A DNA stretch of 56,433 nt, from positions 1 to 56,433 of the forward strand of contig CAIUUR010000499.1 of the NCBI GenBank assembly GCA_903902345.1, in the 5' to 3' direction. This DNA comes from an uncultured Geobacteraceae bacterium. GTDB lineage: Bacteria > Desulfobacterota > Desulfuromonadia > Geobacterales > CAIOGM01. The notes beneath the pieces were generated by a model that saw nothing but the letters and a program-made list of their open reading frames with translations, was not told the DNA's origin and made no database searches. Both the position numbers and the translations under genes were made by a program. Shown one piece after another: positions 1 through 9,069 of this stretch (positions within the stretch are counted from its first letter, which is position 1; each line of letters begins with the position of its first letter).

Positions 1-913
1 AGGCCAGCGCCATGGCTGCCAGCAGGACCATGAACATCCCCGGCAGATAATAATTCCTGAACCGTGTGATCGGCTGAAACGCTTCCTCAATGGGGTAGTT
101 GGCGGTCAGTATCCAGCCGGTACTTTGAAGTCGCTTGAATGAAGAAAGGAACTGCTCACCACTGGAATTGGTTGTTTCCCCTGATCCCTCGAAGCCAGCC
201 AGCGCCCTGTCAAACATCCTGTTTACACCCGGATTAGCGCCCTGTTTCATGATTCGCAAGGCGTCGGGGTGCATGATCATGGTACGATCGGGAGCGAACA
301 TATAGAGATAGCCGGATGCTCCGATGCGAATATCCCTCAACGATCCGATGATCCCTTCCTTGTCCAGCGTGTCAATAGAGCCGCACAACAGTCCGATGAT
401 AGACCCGTCCTTTGCCATGAGGGGCGCGGTCATGGTGATAACCGGGTGACCGCTCTTCACTGCAATATGTGGTGAAGAGATAAACGGCTTGCCGGTTTTC
501 ATACTGGTGGTGAAATAGTTACAGTCGGCGGCGGACATCCCGTACTTATCCTGCATTGCCGGAAACGAAGCTCGCAGTATCCCCTTTTTATCCATGATCG
601 TCACGCTGTCGGTGAAATAGGTCCGTAGGCCCACGCGGTTGTCCAGCCATTTTTGAACTGCTTCGCGGTTGTCCATGCTGACGAAAGGAGCCAATTTTGC
701 TACATTAATAAGGAGGTTGTGAGCTTTCGTGAGCTCATGGTCGAGATCGTTCGCCTTGGCCGTAATCATGGAGAACTGCTGAGCAAAAATCAGTTGTCGG
801 GTCGTATCCCGGAAATAGGCATAGGTTCCCGCGGCGATCACACCAAGAAGCAGCATGATAAACAGGCTGCTGGAGAGCACAAGTTTGTTCCTGATACTTG
901 AAAATAATTTCAT
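1..913 (-). CDS. Sensor protein, N-terminal part (TM helix, Cache-like extracytoplasmic domain, TM helix); the output domain lies outside the window
   Basis: Absent from the ORF track because it runs off the window edge. Reverse complement from ATG (913-911) reads MKLFSSIRNKLVLSSSLFIMLLLGVIAAGTYAYFRD...GASGYLYMFAPDRTMIMHPD...GWILTANYPIEEAF...YYLPGMFMVLLAAMALA with no stop down to base 1. That gives one hydrophobic helix, about 270 aa with Cache-type sensor motifs, then a second hydrophobic helix. Confidence 0.6.
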   Translation of the reverse strand, partial: MKLFSSIRNKLVLSSSLFIMLLLGVIAAGTYAYFRDTTRQLIFAQQFSMITAKANDLDHELTKAHNLLINVAKLAPFVSMDNREAVQKWLDNRVGLRTYFTDSVTIMDKKGILRASFPAMQDKYGMSAADCNYFTTSMKTGKPFISSPHIAVKSGHPVITMTAPLMAKDGSIIGLLCGSIDTLDKEGIIGSLRDIRIGASGYLYMFAPDRTMIMHPDALRIMKQGANPGVNRMFDRALAGFEGSGETTNSSGEQFLSSFKRLQSTGWILTANYPIEEAFQPITRFRNYYLPGMFMVLLAAMALA

Positions 914-1165
914 AATCAGTCGAGTTCTCCTCTAAACCGCACGAGACATGAGTTTCACTATACTGATAATCGGATTGCCGGGGAATAAAAATACGCCATA
1001 GAGCCAAAGTAGTAATTATTCAACGTGGTGAGGGGAACGTTTCGGATGGCTCCATCCCATCGGCCCCGGTATGTTGTAAGTTGTCTTTTACTTCCGATGC
1101 AGGGTGTGTAACAATCTGTTCCGGCGATTCATGCGCCGGTTAATACATTTCAGGGGTAGTCAACG

Positions 1166-1825
1166 ATGTTCCTCGGTCACTTCAGCGTCGGATTTGCGGC
1201 CAAAGCGCTTGCTCCCAGAACCTCTCTCGGGACGCTACTCCTGGCGTCACAATTCCTTGATCTGATCTGGTCAACGCTCCTTATCCTCGGTATCGAGCGC
1301 GTCAGGTTAGACCCCGGCGTCACCGGGGCCGTGCCGTTGATCTTCGAGTATTATCCTTTTTCTCATAGCCTCTCCCTTGCTCTGATCTGGGGAGTAGTCG
1401 TTGCCGCGATCTATCTGGTGGTCAGCAACTATACCCGGGGGGCTATTGTCATGGGCCTCGTTGTGGTCAGCCACTGGTTTCTTGACCTCCTCGTTCATCG
1501 CTCGGATCTGCCGCTTTACCCTGGCAGTCGGCTGTTCGGCATGGGCTTATGGGATTCGAAGTCAGGGACAGTCGTTGTGGAGATGGTGATATTTATCGTA
1601 AGCCTCGGCGTCTACTTCAACGCAACCGCCACCAGGAAAGATGGGGGGGACTGGTGCCTCGGTTGCCTGCTACTGGTGCTGATGGGGATCTATATCGAAA
1701 GCCTTTTCGGACCGCTTCCCCCCAGCGTCAATGTCATTGCCTGGGGAGGGGAGGCGCAGTGGTTGCTGATAGCCTGGGGATATTGGATAGAGCGGCATCG
1801 TGTGTCAGTGGACCCGGAACGGTAG
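1166..1825 (+). CDS. Integral membrane protein (possibly YdjM/DUF457-like membrane hydrolase fold; function uncertain)
   Basis: 219-aa ORF MFLGHFSVGFAAKALAP... with about 6 hydrophobic segments and conserved-looking His/Asp (HWFLDLLVHRSD). No competing ORF. Confidence 0.55.
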   Translation: MFLGHFSVGFAAKALAPRTSLGTLLLASQFLDLIWSTLLILGIERVRLDPGVTGAVPLIFEYYPFSHSLSLALIWGVVVAAIYLVVSNYTRGAIVMGLVVVSHWFLDLLVHRSDLPLYPGSRLFGMGLWDSKSGTVVVEMVIFIVSLGVYFNATATRKDGGDWCLGCLLLVLMGIYIESLFGPLPPSVNVIAWGGEAQWLLIAWGYWIERHRVSVDPER

Positions 1826-1958
1826 GGCAACAATTGCCGGGTCTCCCCGTCCCCCACGGCACGGTCAGCTTCCTTCAGAAAGGTTTTGACACCGGAAGGG
1901 AGAACCTTTAGGGTAAAATAGTACTGTTTTTTCGGCAGAGGAGTTCTCGGGAGGACGG

Positions 1959-3005
1959 ATGGAAGACCATGACCCCGCCATCAACGTTTTGACAACAGCC
2001 CCCGTGTCACCTTTTCATGGTCTGATCCCGACTTTGCGCCGCGCCATGATTCTCCTGGTCACCCCCCTGCTGTCGTTACTGTCGGTTACCCTTGCGTGGC
2101 CGGGGGAGCCTCTCCGAATTTCGGTATCGAAAACTCCACTATCACTCCCGTTCTATGTTGCACAGAGTCAAGACTATTTTGCTGCCGAGGGGGTGAACGT
2201 AAGGATAAGCGATGTGCTTGGAGGGCATCGTTCCCTGCAGCAATTGCTGGAAGGAATGGCCGACCTTGCCACTTCGTCCGAAGCTGTGGTGATGTTCAAC
2301 AGCTTTCAGCGGAGAGATTTTGCCGTCATTGCTTCCTTTGTCACCAGCGACGATGACGTGAAGATCATTACCCGCACCGATACGGGAATTACCCAGCCCG
2401 GGCAACTGGCCGGAAAGCTGGTCGGTACGGTAACCGGGGCGGCCAGCCACTACTTTCTTGAGACAGTGCTCCTGCTGAAAGGGGTTGATCCCGCTACGGT
2501 ACGACTCCGTAATCTTCAGCCCGAGCAGATGGCCGAGTCGCTGAAGCGGAGGGAGGTGGATGCCCTTGCTATTTGGGAGCCCTACCCATTCAATGCCCTC
2601 AAAACCGTGCCGGGAGCCCGGATGCTCCCTAAGTCCGGTATCTACCGGCTGACCTTCAACCTCATTGCGGACAAAAAACTGCTGGGGGCGCGGGATAACG
2701 ATCTGGTCAAGATTCTCCGCGCCTTGGATCGTGCCGAGCAGTTCATCAGCAGAGAGCCGCAAAAAGCCAAGGCGATACTCCGGAAGTCACTGACGCTGGA
2801 CAACGCCTACATAGAGTGGATCTGGCCCCGGTACAGCTACCGCCTTCTTCTTGACCAATCGTTGATTACGACGCTGGAAGGTGAAGCCCGTTGGGCCCGG
2901 CAGGAGGGGCTGGTGAGAAGTGACAAAAGCCCGAACTATCTCGACTTCATCCACACCGCGCCCTTACGTGCGGTTCGCCCGGCGGCGGTCACCATCATCA
3001 GGTAG
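1959..3005 (+). CDS. Periplasmic substrate-binding protein, NMT1/SsuA/TauA-like (NitT/TauT-type), probably sensor-associated
   Basis: 348-aa ORF with a hydrophobic N-terminal segment (start may be the internal ATG at AMILLVTPLL). Type-2 binding-protein pattern (LRISVSKTPLSLPFYVAQ...GVNVRISDV...ALAIWEPYP). Ends 4 nt before the histidine kinase gene. Confidence 0.6.
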   Translation: MEDHDPAINVLTTAPVSPFHGLIPTLRRAMILLVTPLLSLLSVTLAWPGEPLRISVSKTPLSLPFYVAQSQDYFAAEGVNVRISDVLGGHRSLQQLLEGMADLATSSEAVVMFNSFQRRDFAVIASFVTSDDDVKIITRTDTGITQPGQLAGKLVGTVTGAASHYFLETVLLLKGVDPATVRLRNLQPEQMAESLKRREVDALAIWEPYPFNALKTVPGARMLPKSGIYRLTFNLIADKKLLGARDNDLVKILRALDRAEQFISREPQKAKAILRKSLTLDNAYIEWIWPRYSYRLLLDQSLITTLEGEARWARQEGLVRSDKSPNYLDFIHTAPLRAVRPAAVTIIR

Positions 3006-3008
3006 CTC

Positions 3009-5324
3009 ATGCGGATCAGGACACTCCTCCATGTATCTCTTGCCATAGCCATTTTCATGGTGATCGGCCTTGCCGCGACCAGTTGGTTCATCACGGCCAA
3101 GTTGGCCAAGGTATCTCTCACTCAGGAACGGGTGCAAGCTGCCGCTCAGCAGGTCTCGAGCCTGCTGGTTCTTACGCACGAATTCGCACTCTACTCCGAA
3201 GAAAGGGCCGAACAGCAGTGGCGTTCGCAACATGCCGACATCATCTCCAAGCTGGAGGCGGGAGCCGGCGACGTCGTTCCCGCCCCCCCGGAGGCCCTCA
3301 GCGAGGCAAAACTGCTGTCCGAGCTGTTTCAACAACTGGTTGTCGTCGTTTCCCAGAAAAACGACCTGAGTGTCCGCCAACGAAATTTGCTTGTCAATCA
3401 ACTGCAGGCCGGTTCCCAGGCCCTTGCCGACTCGGTACATCGCTGGGGGATCGCGACTGCCGGCAAGCGTGAGAAAACCGAGGAGGCGTACCGGATACTG
3501 GCCGTCACCATTCCCGTACTGATGTTCCTGATCCTGCTGGTCATAACCTTCATTCTTAACCGACGTGTGCTGAATCCTCTCCTGAAGCTCCAGCAGGCCG
3601 TTCAGGCCACCGCAAAAGGAGACCTGTCGGTACGGAGCGCCACTGGGGTGGATGATGAATTCGGCGAGTTGTCCCGGACGTTCGACGCCATGGCCATCGA
3701 TCTGGTGGCCGGGCTCAAGCAGGAGATCGCCGTACGGACAAAGGCGGAAGAAAAGCTTCGGATCAGCGAGGAACAGTACCGCCTTTTGGCCGATAATGCC
3801 TTGGATAACATCTGGATAATGGGGCGCAACCGCACCTTTACCTATGTGAGCCCCTCCATCGGGAACATACTGGGGTACACCCCCGAAGAATTCATGGGGC
3901 ACTCACTGGAAGAGCTCCTGACTCCCCCTTCACTCCCCGTTGCACTGGGCTATTTTGAAAGGTTGGATGCGGCGGTGCGGTTGGGGACTCCTCCTGAAAA
4001 TTTCCGGGGAGAGCTCCAGGTGTACCGCAAAGACGGCACTACCGTCTGGACCGAGGTCACCGCGTCCCCCATTCTTGGCGCCAATGGCGCCATCGCGGAA
4101 CTGGTGGGGGTGACTCGCGACGTCAGCGAACGAAAACAGTACGAATGTGAACTGGAACGCGCCCGGGAAGCCGCCGAAGCCGCCAACCTGGCCAAGAGTG
4201 AATTTCTCTCCAACATGAGCCATGAAATCCGCACCCCCATGAACGGCATCATGGGGATGGCACAACTACTGGCTTACACCGAGCTCACCGATGAACAGCG
4301 GGAATACCTGAGTGCCATAAATACATCTTCGGACGGGCTCCTGTCGCTCATCAACGATATCCTCGATCTCTCCAAGATTGAGGCCGGCAAGATCGAATTG
4401 GAGTGCAGGGCGTTCACTCTCCGGAACAGCATCAGCGACGTCATCATGACCCAGACCTCTCTCCTTCACCGCAAGGGGCTCACCATTGCTACCGACATTC
4501 CGGTCGGCGTGCCGGATAACCTGACGGGGGACCAACTCCGGCTGAAGCAGATCCTGATCAATCTTCTGGGGAACGCCATCAAGTTCACCTCACGGGGGGG
4601 AATACGGATTGCTGTTGCGGTCACCGAACGGAGCGATCGTATCGTGTTGCTGAAAATTTCCGTCACGGATAGTGGTATCGGCATCAGTTCCTCCGCCATG
4701 GAGAAGATCTTCGACCCCTTTGTTCAGGGTGACGGTTCAACTACTCGAAAATACGGTGGCACCGGTCTCGGCCTTTCCATCTGTACCCGTTTGGCGGAGT
4801 TGATGGGAGGGCGGATTTGGGTGGAAAGCGTGGAGGGCGCCGGTAGCACCTTCAACGTTGCCATCCCCTTTGACGTGAATGAGGCCGTTACCGAGGGGGA
4901 TGACTTCATGAGTGACGGGGCCGTCGTGCTCTGGAACGGCCCCCCTCTCTCCATCCTGGTTGTGGATGACCTGGAGGTAAACCTGATGTTTACCTCCAGG
5001 TTGCTGGAGAAGGCCGGGCATACGGTAGTCACCGTCCGCAACGGCCAGGAAGCCCTGGAGGTCTGGAGCAGGGGGGCTTTTGATCTGATTCTCATGGACA
5101 TACAGATGCCGGTTATGAACGGCATCGAGGCCACCCGGGCCATTCGGGAGCGGGAAGCGGGGGGGACCGGTCACGTTCCGATTATCGCCTTGACGGCCCG
5201 GGCCCTACGGGACGAGCGGGAAAAGATTCTGAACCAGGGGGTAGACGGCTATCTTGCCAAACCGATCCAGATTTCAGTCCTGTTCGACGAGTTGCGTCGC
5301 TGTTTGCCGGGTAGTGCGCCATAG
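3009..5324 (+). CDS. Hybrid sensor histidine kinase/response regulator (TM-HAMP-PAS-HisKA-HATPase-REC)
   Basis: H-box [12 protein letters not shown]-box [10 protein letters not shown]-boxes DSGIGI and [12 protein letters not shown] region ([20 protein letters not shown]...). C-terminal receiver ([10 protein letters not shown]...[10 protein letters not shown]...ALTA...AKP). Confidence 0.93.
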   Translation: MRIRTLLHVSLAIAIFMVIGLAATSWFITAKLAKVSLTQERVQAAAQQVSSLLVLTHEFALYSEERAEQQWRSQHADIISKLEAGAGDVVPAPPEALSEAKLLSELFQQLVVVVSQKNDLSVRQRNLLVNQLQAGSQALADSVHRWGIATAGKREKTEEAYRILAVTIPVLMFLILLVITFILNRRVLNPLLKLQQAVQATAKGDLSVRSATGVDDEFGELSRTFDAMAIDLVAGLKQEIAVRTKAEEKLRISEEQYRLLADNALDNIWIMGRNRTFTYVSPSIGNILGYTPEEFMGHSLEELLTPPSLPVALGYFERLDAAVRLGTPPENFRGELQVYRKDGTTVWTEVTASPILGANGAIAELVGVTRDVSERKQYECELERAREAAEAANLAKSEFLSNMSHEIRTPMNGIMGMAQLLAYTELTDEQREYLSAINTSSDGLLSLINDILDLSKIEAGKIELECRAFTLRNSISDVIMTQTSLLHRKGLTIATDIPVGVPDNLTGDQLRLKQILINLLGNAIKFTSRGGIRIAVAVTERSDRIVLLKISVTDSGIGISSSAMEKIFDPFVQGDGSTTRKYGGTGLGLSICTRLAELMGGRIWVESVEGAGSTFNVAIPFDVNEAVTEGDDFMSDGAVVLWNGPPLSILVVDDLEVNLMFTSRLLEKAGHTVVTVRNGQEALEVWSRGAFDLILMDIQMPVMNGIEATRAIREREAGGTGHVPIIALTARALRDEREKILNQGVDGYLAKPIQISVLFDELRRCLPGSAP

Positions 5325-5586
5325 GAATCTGATGACACATGGCTACTGTTGCCTGGATGAGATTTTCCCGGGATGTTGTTGAATACTAGCCAGGCCTGGC
5401 CCTGCAACGGAGCAGCATGAAAGCGTAGAAATCCCTTGTTCTGAGCCACATAATATGCTTGATTGACGTAGTGACATATGGTAGTTACAAGCTTGCATGG
5501 TGGCATATGGATCATTAAAATGATTCATGCGAGATGGTGCTACTGGCTGATAATAGTGGATTACATTCCACGCTGGAGGTTCTGAA

Positions 5587-6114
5587 GTGAAAAGAGTCGT
5601 TACGGTTTTATTGGTTCTTGGTGGTATGTCGTTAGTGGGTTGCTCTGGAATTCCTGCAAAGAAGGATACTCCTTTGGCTAATTACGGCAAGTTAATTGTT
5701 CGGCCCGTTGATTTTGCGGAGACTGCAACAGATAAGATTGATGCCAGTGAGGTTGCTGCATACAAGGCTTCGTGGCAATCCTTAGGCGACAAATTTAAGA
5801 GTGAGTTTGATAAAAATATCAAGGAAACCGGATATTTTGATCAGGTTCTCTACAGCGCGGATGCTGTAGCCGACAAGAATTCCGTTGTTCTCGAAACAAA
5901 AATCGTATCGCTGGATCCAGGTATCAGATGGGTAATGCCTGGAGTCGCGTTTTATCAGGGTACGTTGAGAAATTCCGAGGGGAAGACAATTGGTAAATAT
6001 TCCGCCAAAAGATCGGTTTCAAGGCCTATTACCAGCACAATGGCCGGAGCAATTGAATCACTTGTTTCGGAATTGGGGGAAGATGCGGCATCAAGTATAG
6101 GAGAAGCAAAATAG
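5587..6114 (+). CDS. Small lipoprotein, function unknown (DUF4410-like is a weak guess)
   Basis: GTG start preceded by GGAGG. MKRVVTVLLVLGGMSLVGCSG gives a lipobox LVGC. The gene is clearly lower in GC than its surroundings. Confidence 0.6.
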   Translation: MKRVVTVLLVLGGMSLVGCSGIPAKKDTPLANYGKLIVRPVDFAETATDKIDASEVAAYKASWQSLGDKFKSEFDKNIKETGYFDQVLYSADAVADKNSVVLETKIVSLDPGIRWVMPGVAFYQGTLRNSEGKTIGKYSAKRSVSRPITSTMAGAIESLVSELGEDAASSIGEAK

Positions 6115-6159
6115 TGGAGAACGGTAACCTTGCGTGACGCTGCATGGCCAGGTCAGCCA

Positions 6160-6219
6160 GGAACAACACAGGCGGTCGGGATATACACCCCGCCGCCTGT
6201 GTTGTTCCGATATTTTTTT
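6160..6219 (+). terminator. Rho-independent terminator after the 5587-6114 lipoprotein gene
   Basis: Perfect 16-bp stem ggaacaacacaggcgg / ccgcctgtgttgttcc (6160-6175 / 6193-6208) followed by a T-run at 6212-6219. Confidence 0.8.
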
Positions 6220-6371
6220 CATTGTGGAGAGTGTCTCTTTACCTGATGCCGGCTGAAAACAGGTATAACCACTATTGCGATGGACATCCCGTAAATTTTG
6301 CGGCAAAATAATTTCTGAAATCCTCAAGTTTATCTCGAATCTGTCGATACCTCTCTGATAAGGGGAAATTT

Positions 6372-6641
6372 ATGTCGTCAGTCATTTCCGATAGCTCATC
6401 GAGAGCCCTGGCCGCGTACCGCACTAATCAGGTGGCGAATGTCAGCGCGCCTGGTTCCATCACCGCCGGCAGTTCTCTGCCCGGGAACAAGGGGGGCGGT
6501 ATGCCAAAAATTTCAGACACGGTGGACCTATCGGATCAGGCTTATGATCTGCTTCTTACCCCTGGAAATTACCGGCCCAACGTCAAGGCAGCCCCCGTAG
6601 AGGGACAGATGACCAAGACAATTATCAGCTTAACGGCTTGA
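6372..6641 (+). CDS. Hypothetical small protein (89 aa), Ser/Gly/Pro-rich, probably disordered
   Basis: ORF with an AGGGGA-type SD 8 nt upstream of the ATG. No recognisable domain. Confidence 0.4.
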   Translation: MSSVISDSSSRALAAYRTNQVANVSAPGSITAGSSLPGNKGGGMPKISDTVDLSDQAYDLLLTPGNYRPNVKAAPVEGQMTKTIISLTA

Positions 6642-6700
6642 CATCGAGCGCACTCCCGCCGTTCCTGCCTCGTTTTACCATCCCATACAAGGTGCAATGA

Positions 6701-7348
6701 ATGAACAAGCTTCTTTCCTCCACGGTCGCCTCTCTTGGTCTGTTTTCTTTCGTTGGTGTCGTCTGTGCGGCCGACATGCTTTCTTCGCATACGCCCACCA
6801 TTACACCTCCTCCCGTTTCTGCCAAGGCAACTCCTCGCGCTCCGATACCTTCCCCTCTTCCCGCGCACAACCCTGCTCCCGCTGTCCCCTCCGCACCGGC
6901 ACCCGCCCCTGCGCCGGTAATTTCTCCAGCGCCTGCGGTTTCCGAGGTGAAGAAAGAAGAGGTTAGGCCTCTGAAGAAAAAAGCGAAAACTAAAAAGAAA
7001 ATAAAAGCCAGAGAGCTCAAAAAAGCGCATAAATCGGGTAAAGGGACCAAGGCGGCAGCCTCAAAGAAGGCGCAGCAGAGCAAAAAAACGCAAAAGTCAA
7101 AAAAAGCGAAGAAGTCGAAGCATGCCAAAAAGACGGACAAGGCAGTGAAGGTAAGCAAGAGCCACAAGGTGGTGAAAGCCGGGAAAATAAAGAAAGCCAC
7201 TAAGGCCGTTAAGGCGAACAAGGTAAACAAGGCAGCCAAGGGTAAAAAGGTCAAGAAGGTAAAGAAGGTTGCCAAAGTCAGGAAGGCGAAAGAGCACGAC
7301 ACGACGACTGACGCAGTTGCCCAACCGGTTGCTCCGGCAGGCAACTGA
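6701..7348 (+). CDS. Secreted low-complexity protein: signal peptide, Pro/Ala-rich spacer, long Lys-rich polycationic tail
   Basis: MNKLLSSTVASLGLFSFVGVVCAAD (signal peptide), then PPPVSAKATPRAPIPSPLPAHNPAPAVPSAPAPAPAP, then about 120 aa of KKAKTKKKIKA...KKAKKSKHAKK...KGKKVKKVKKVAKVRKAK. Followed by a strong terminator. Confidence 0.7.
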   Translation: MNKLLSSTVASLGLFSFVGVVCAADMLSSHTPTITPPPVSAKATPRAPIPSPLPAHNPAPAVPSAPAPAPAPVISPAPAVSEVKKEEVRPLKKKAKTKKKIKARELKKAHKSGKGTKAAASKKAQQSKKTQKSKKAKKSKHAKKTDKAVKVSKSHKVVKAGKIKKATKAVKANKVNKAAKGKKVKKVKKVAKVRKAKEHDTTTDAVAQPVAPAGN

Positions 7349-7374
7349 TTTTCTGCGTAGGTTAGTTAAACAAG

Positions 7375-7409
7375 AAAAGCCGCACCCCCCCCGGGTGCGG
7401 CTTTTCTTG
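7375..7409 (+). terminator. Rho-independent terminator
   Basis: aaaagccgcaccc / gggtgcggctttt stem with a C-rich loop, followed by cttttctt. Confidence 0.8.
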
Positions 7410-7528
7410 TGCAATCGTGGTTTTTGAAGATGGGGGGACGGCCAGGTACTGTTTCATCCTACCTCCCGTTTTTAGACTTTGCGTGAAAGAACGGCTTAAT
7501 AATTCTTGGTCGTCAGTCATCAAATGAA

Positions 7529-7558
7529 TTGACAGGACACATTCAAATAATGTAAATA
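7529..7558 (+). promoter_or_regulatory. Candidate sigma70-type promoter for the 17-gene lipid operon
   Basis: TTGACA (7529-7534), 17-nt spacer, GTAAAT/TAAATA, in an AT-rich stretch about 40 nt upstream of the first gene (7596). Motif match only. Confidence 0.3.
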
Positions 7559-7595
7559 ATTTGTTTCGTTTACGGTTTTTTCGGAACAGACGACC

Positions 7596-8450
7596 ATGGA
7601 AAACGCGCTGACTATCGATGTGGAAGAGTGGTACCATCTTTGCGGTCCGGGGCCACTGCCGGAACCGGAGGGGCGAGAGCGTCGGGTTGTGAAAAATACC
7701 ACGGCGATCCTGGACCTTCTTCAGGAATTCGGCATCAAGGCGACCTTTTTCATCCTGGGGAGCGTTGCGGAGATGGAGCCCGCCCTGGCGCCGCTCATTG
7801 CCGGGGGGGGGCATGAGATCGCTTCCCACGGATGGAGTCACCGACTGGTGACGACTCTTACTCCGGCAGAGTTTCGTGGGGAACTGCGGCGTACCGGAGA
7901 GCTCCTGGAGCGGCAGTGCGGCCGGCGCCCCGTGGGATTTCGCGCCCCCCAGTGGTCGCTGGGGAGTTCGACCCCCTGGGCCTACGAGATCCTGCAGGAA
8001 GAGGGGTACCGGTATGACTCCAGCCTCAATCCGCTTCCCTTTGTGGGAGACCGGCGGGGGCCCCGGATTCCCCACAGGATCGCCGGAGCGTTGCTGGAAT
8101 TTCCACCCCTGGTCACCCCCTTTCCCGGCATGAACCTCCCCACGGGAGGTGGGTGGGGATTTCGGTTCTTCCCCCGCTCCTTCGCCATGGGGAGTACCCG
8201 GACGCTGAACGACCAAGGCTACCCGGCACTCCTTTATCTTCACCCCCGGGAGATGGATCCCGACGGTCCTCGGGTGAAGCTCTCCCCACTTCGGGAGTTC
8301 GTGGTCTACGGACCCCGTCGTTCTGCGGCTGAGGTGCTGAGGCCGATACTGTCTCGCTATCGTTTTACAACTCTGGAGCGTCTGGCTGACCTGTGGGATA
8401 CTGCGTTATCATCCCGGCATACAATGCCGCCTCAACCCTCCCCGCCGTAG
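7596..8450 (+). CDS. Polysaccharide deacetylase (NodB homology; resembles the DUF3473/PEP-CTERM-locus subtype)
   Basis: MENALTIDVEEWYHL..., ATFFILGSVAEMEP...GGHEIASHGWSH (NodB metal and catalytic motifs). Confidence 0.8.
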   Translation: MENALTIDVEEWYHLCGPGPLPEPEGRERRVVKNTTAILDLLQEFGIKATFFILGSVAEMEPALAPLIAGGGHEIASHGWSHRLVTTLTPAEFRGELRRTGELLERQCGRRPVGFRAPQWSLGSSTPWAYEILQEEGYRYDSSLNPLPFVGDRRGPRIPHRIAGALLEFPPLVTPFPGMNLPTGGGWGFRFFPRSFAMGSTRTLNDQGYPALLYLHPREMDPDGPRVKLSPLREFVVYGPRRSAAEVLRPILSRYRFTTLERLADLWDTALSSRHTMPPQPSPP

Positions 8451-9055
8451 CGGTGGAGGTGCTCACCTGCGGGGCGCCGCTCCTGGTGGTGGATGACGGC
8501 TCCAGCGACGGCACAGCCCGTTCGGTGGAGGGACTCCCGTTGAATCTGATTCGCCACGACCGGAATCGGGGGAAGGGGGCCGCACTGAGGAGCGGTTTTG
8601 ACTGGATGTTCCTGCATGGGTTCACCGGCGCCGTTACCCTGGACGCCGACGGCCAGCATGATCCGTCGGCCATCCAGCTCCTGCTGGCGGCCGCCCGACA
8701 GGACGACCTGGACATCCTTATCGCCTCCCGCGCGGTTCAGTTCCACCAGATGGGGGGATTGCGGAGCTGGTGGAACCGCTTCGGCGTATGGTGCATGAAG
8801 AAAAAAACCGGGTTCGATATCACCGACAGCCAGTCGGGGTTTCGCTACTACTCGGCGCGGCTCCTCCGTTCTCTGGAGATGGATGCCGTCGGGTATCACC
8901 TGGAGATGGAAATACTCATGAAAGCCTGGCGTGGTGGTTTTCGTATCGCCTCCCTCCCCGTGGCGGCCCGGGTGGCTGACGGCAGGGGGACCAGTCATTT
9001 CCGGCCGGTGCGGGACACCTGGAACATCTGCATGACCTTTCTTAGGTATTATTGA
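8393..9055 (+). CDS. Family 2 glycosyltransferase (DPM1/ApeJ-like)
   Basis: GTG start. CVIIPAYNAASTL, VVDDGSSDGT, RNRGKGAALRSGF, LDADGQHDP. The GT-A fold begins at residue 4, so the 58-nt overlap with the upstream gene appears real. Confidence 0.85.
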   Translation: MGYCVIIPAYNAASTLPAVAVEVLTCGAPLLVVDDGSSDGTARSVEGLPLNLIRHDRNRGKGAALRSGFDWMFLHGFTGAVTLDADGQHDPSAIQLLLAAARQDDLDILIASRAVQFHQMGGLRSWWNRFGVWCMKKKTGFDITDSQSGFRYYSARLLRSLEMDAVGYHLEMEILMKAWRGGFRIASLPVAARVADGRGTSHFRPVRDTWNICMTFLRYY

Positions 9056-9069
9056 GAGTGTGACCCCCT

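Noticed and set aside
6372-6641. Anti-sigma-28 factor FlgM-like protein, because of DTVDLSDQA in a disordered small protein.
   Set aside because: A single short motif only. The C-terminal FlgM helices are missing and there is no flagellar gene context.
6625-7344. 239-aa minus-strand ORF opposite the Lys-rich gene.
   Set aside because: It is a mirror-image low-complexity ORF (Phe/Leu/Ala-rich) produced by the purine-periodic AAG/AAA coding strand. The plus-strand gene has the signal peptide, SD and terminator.
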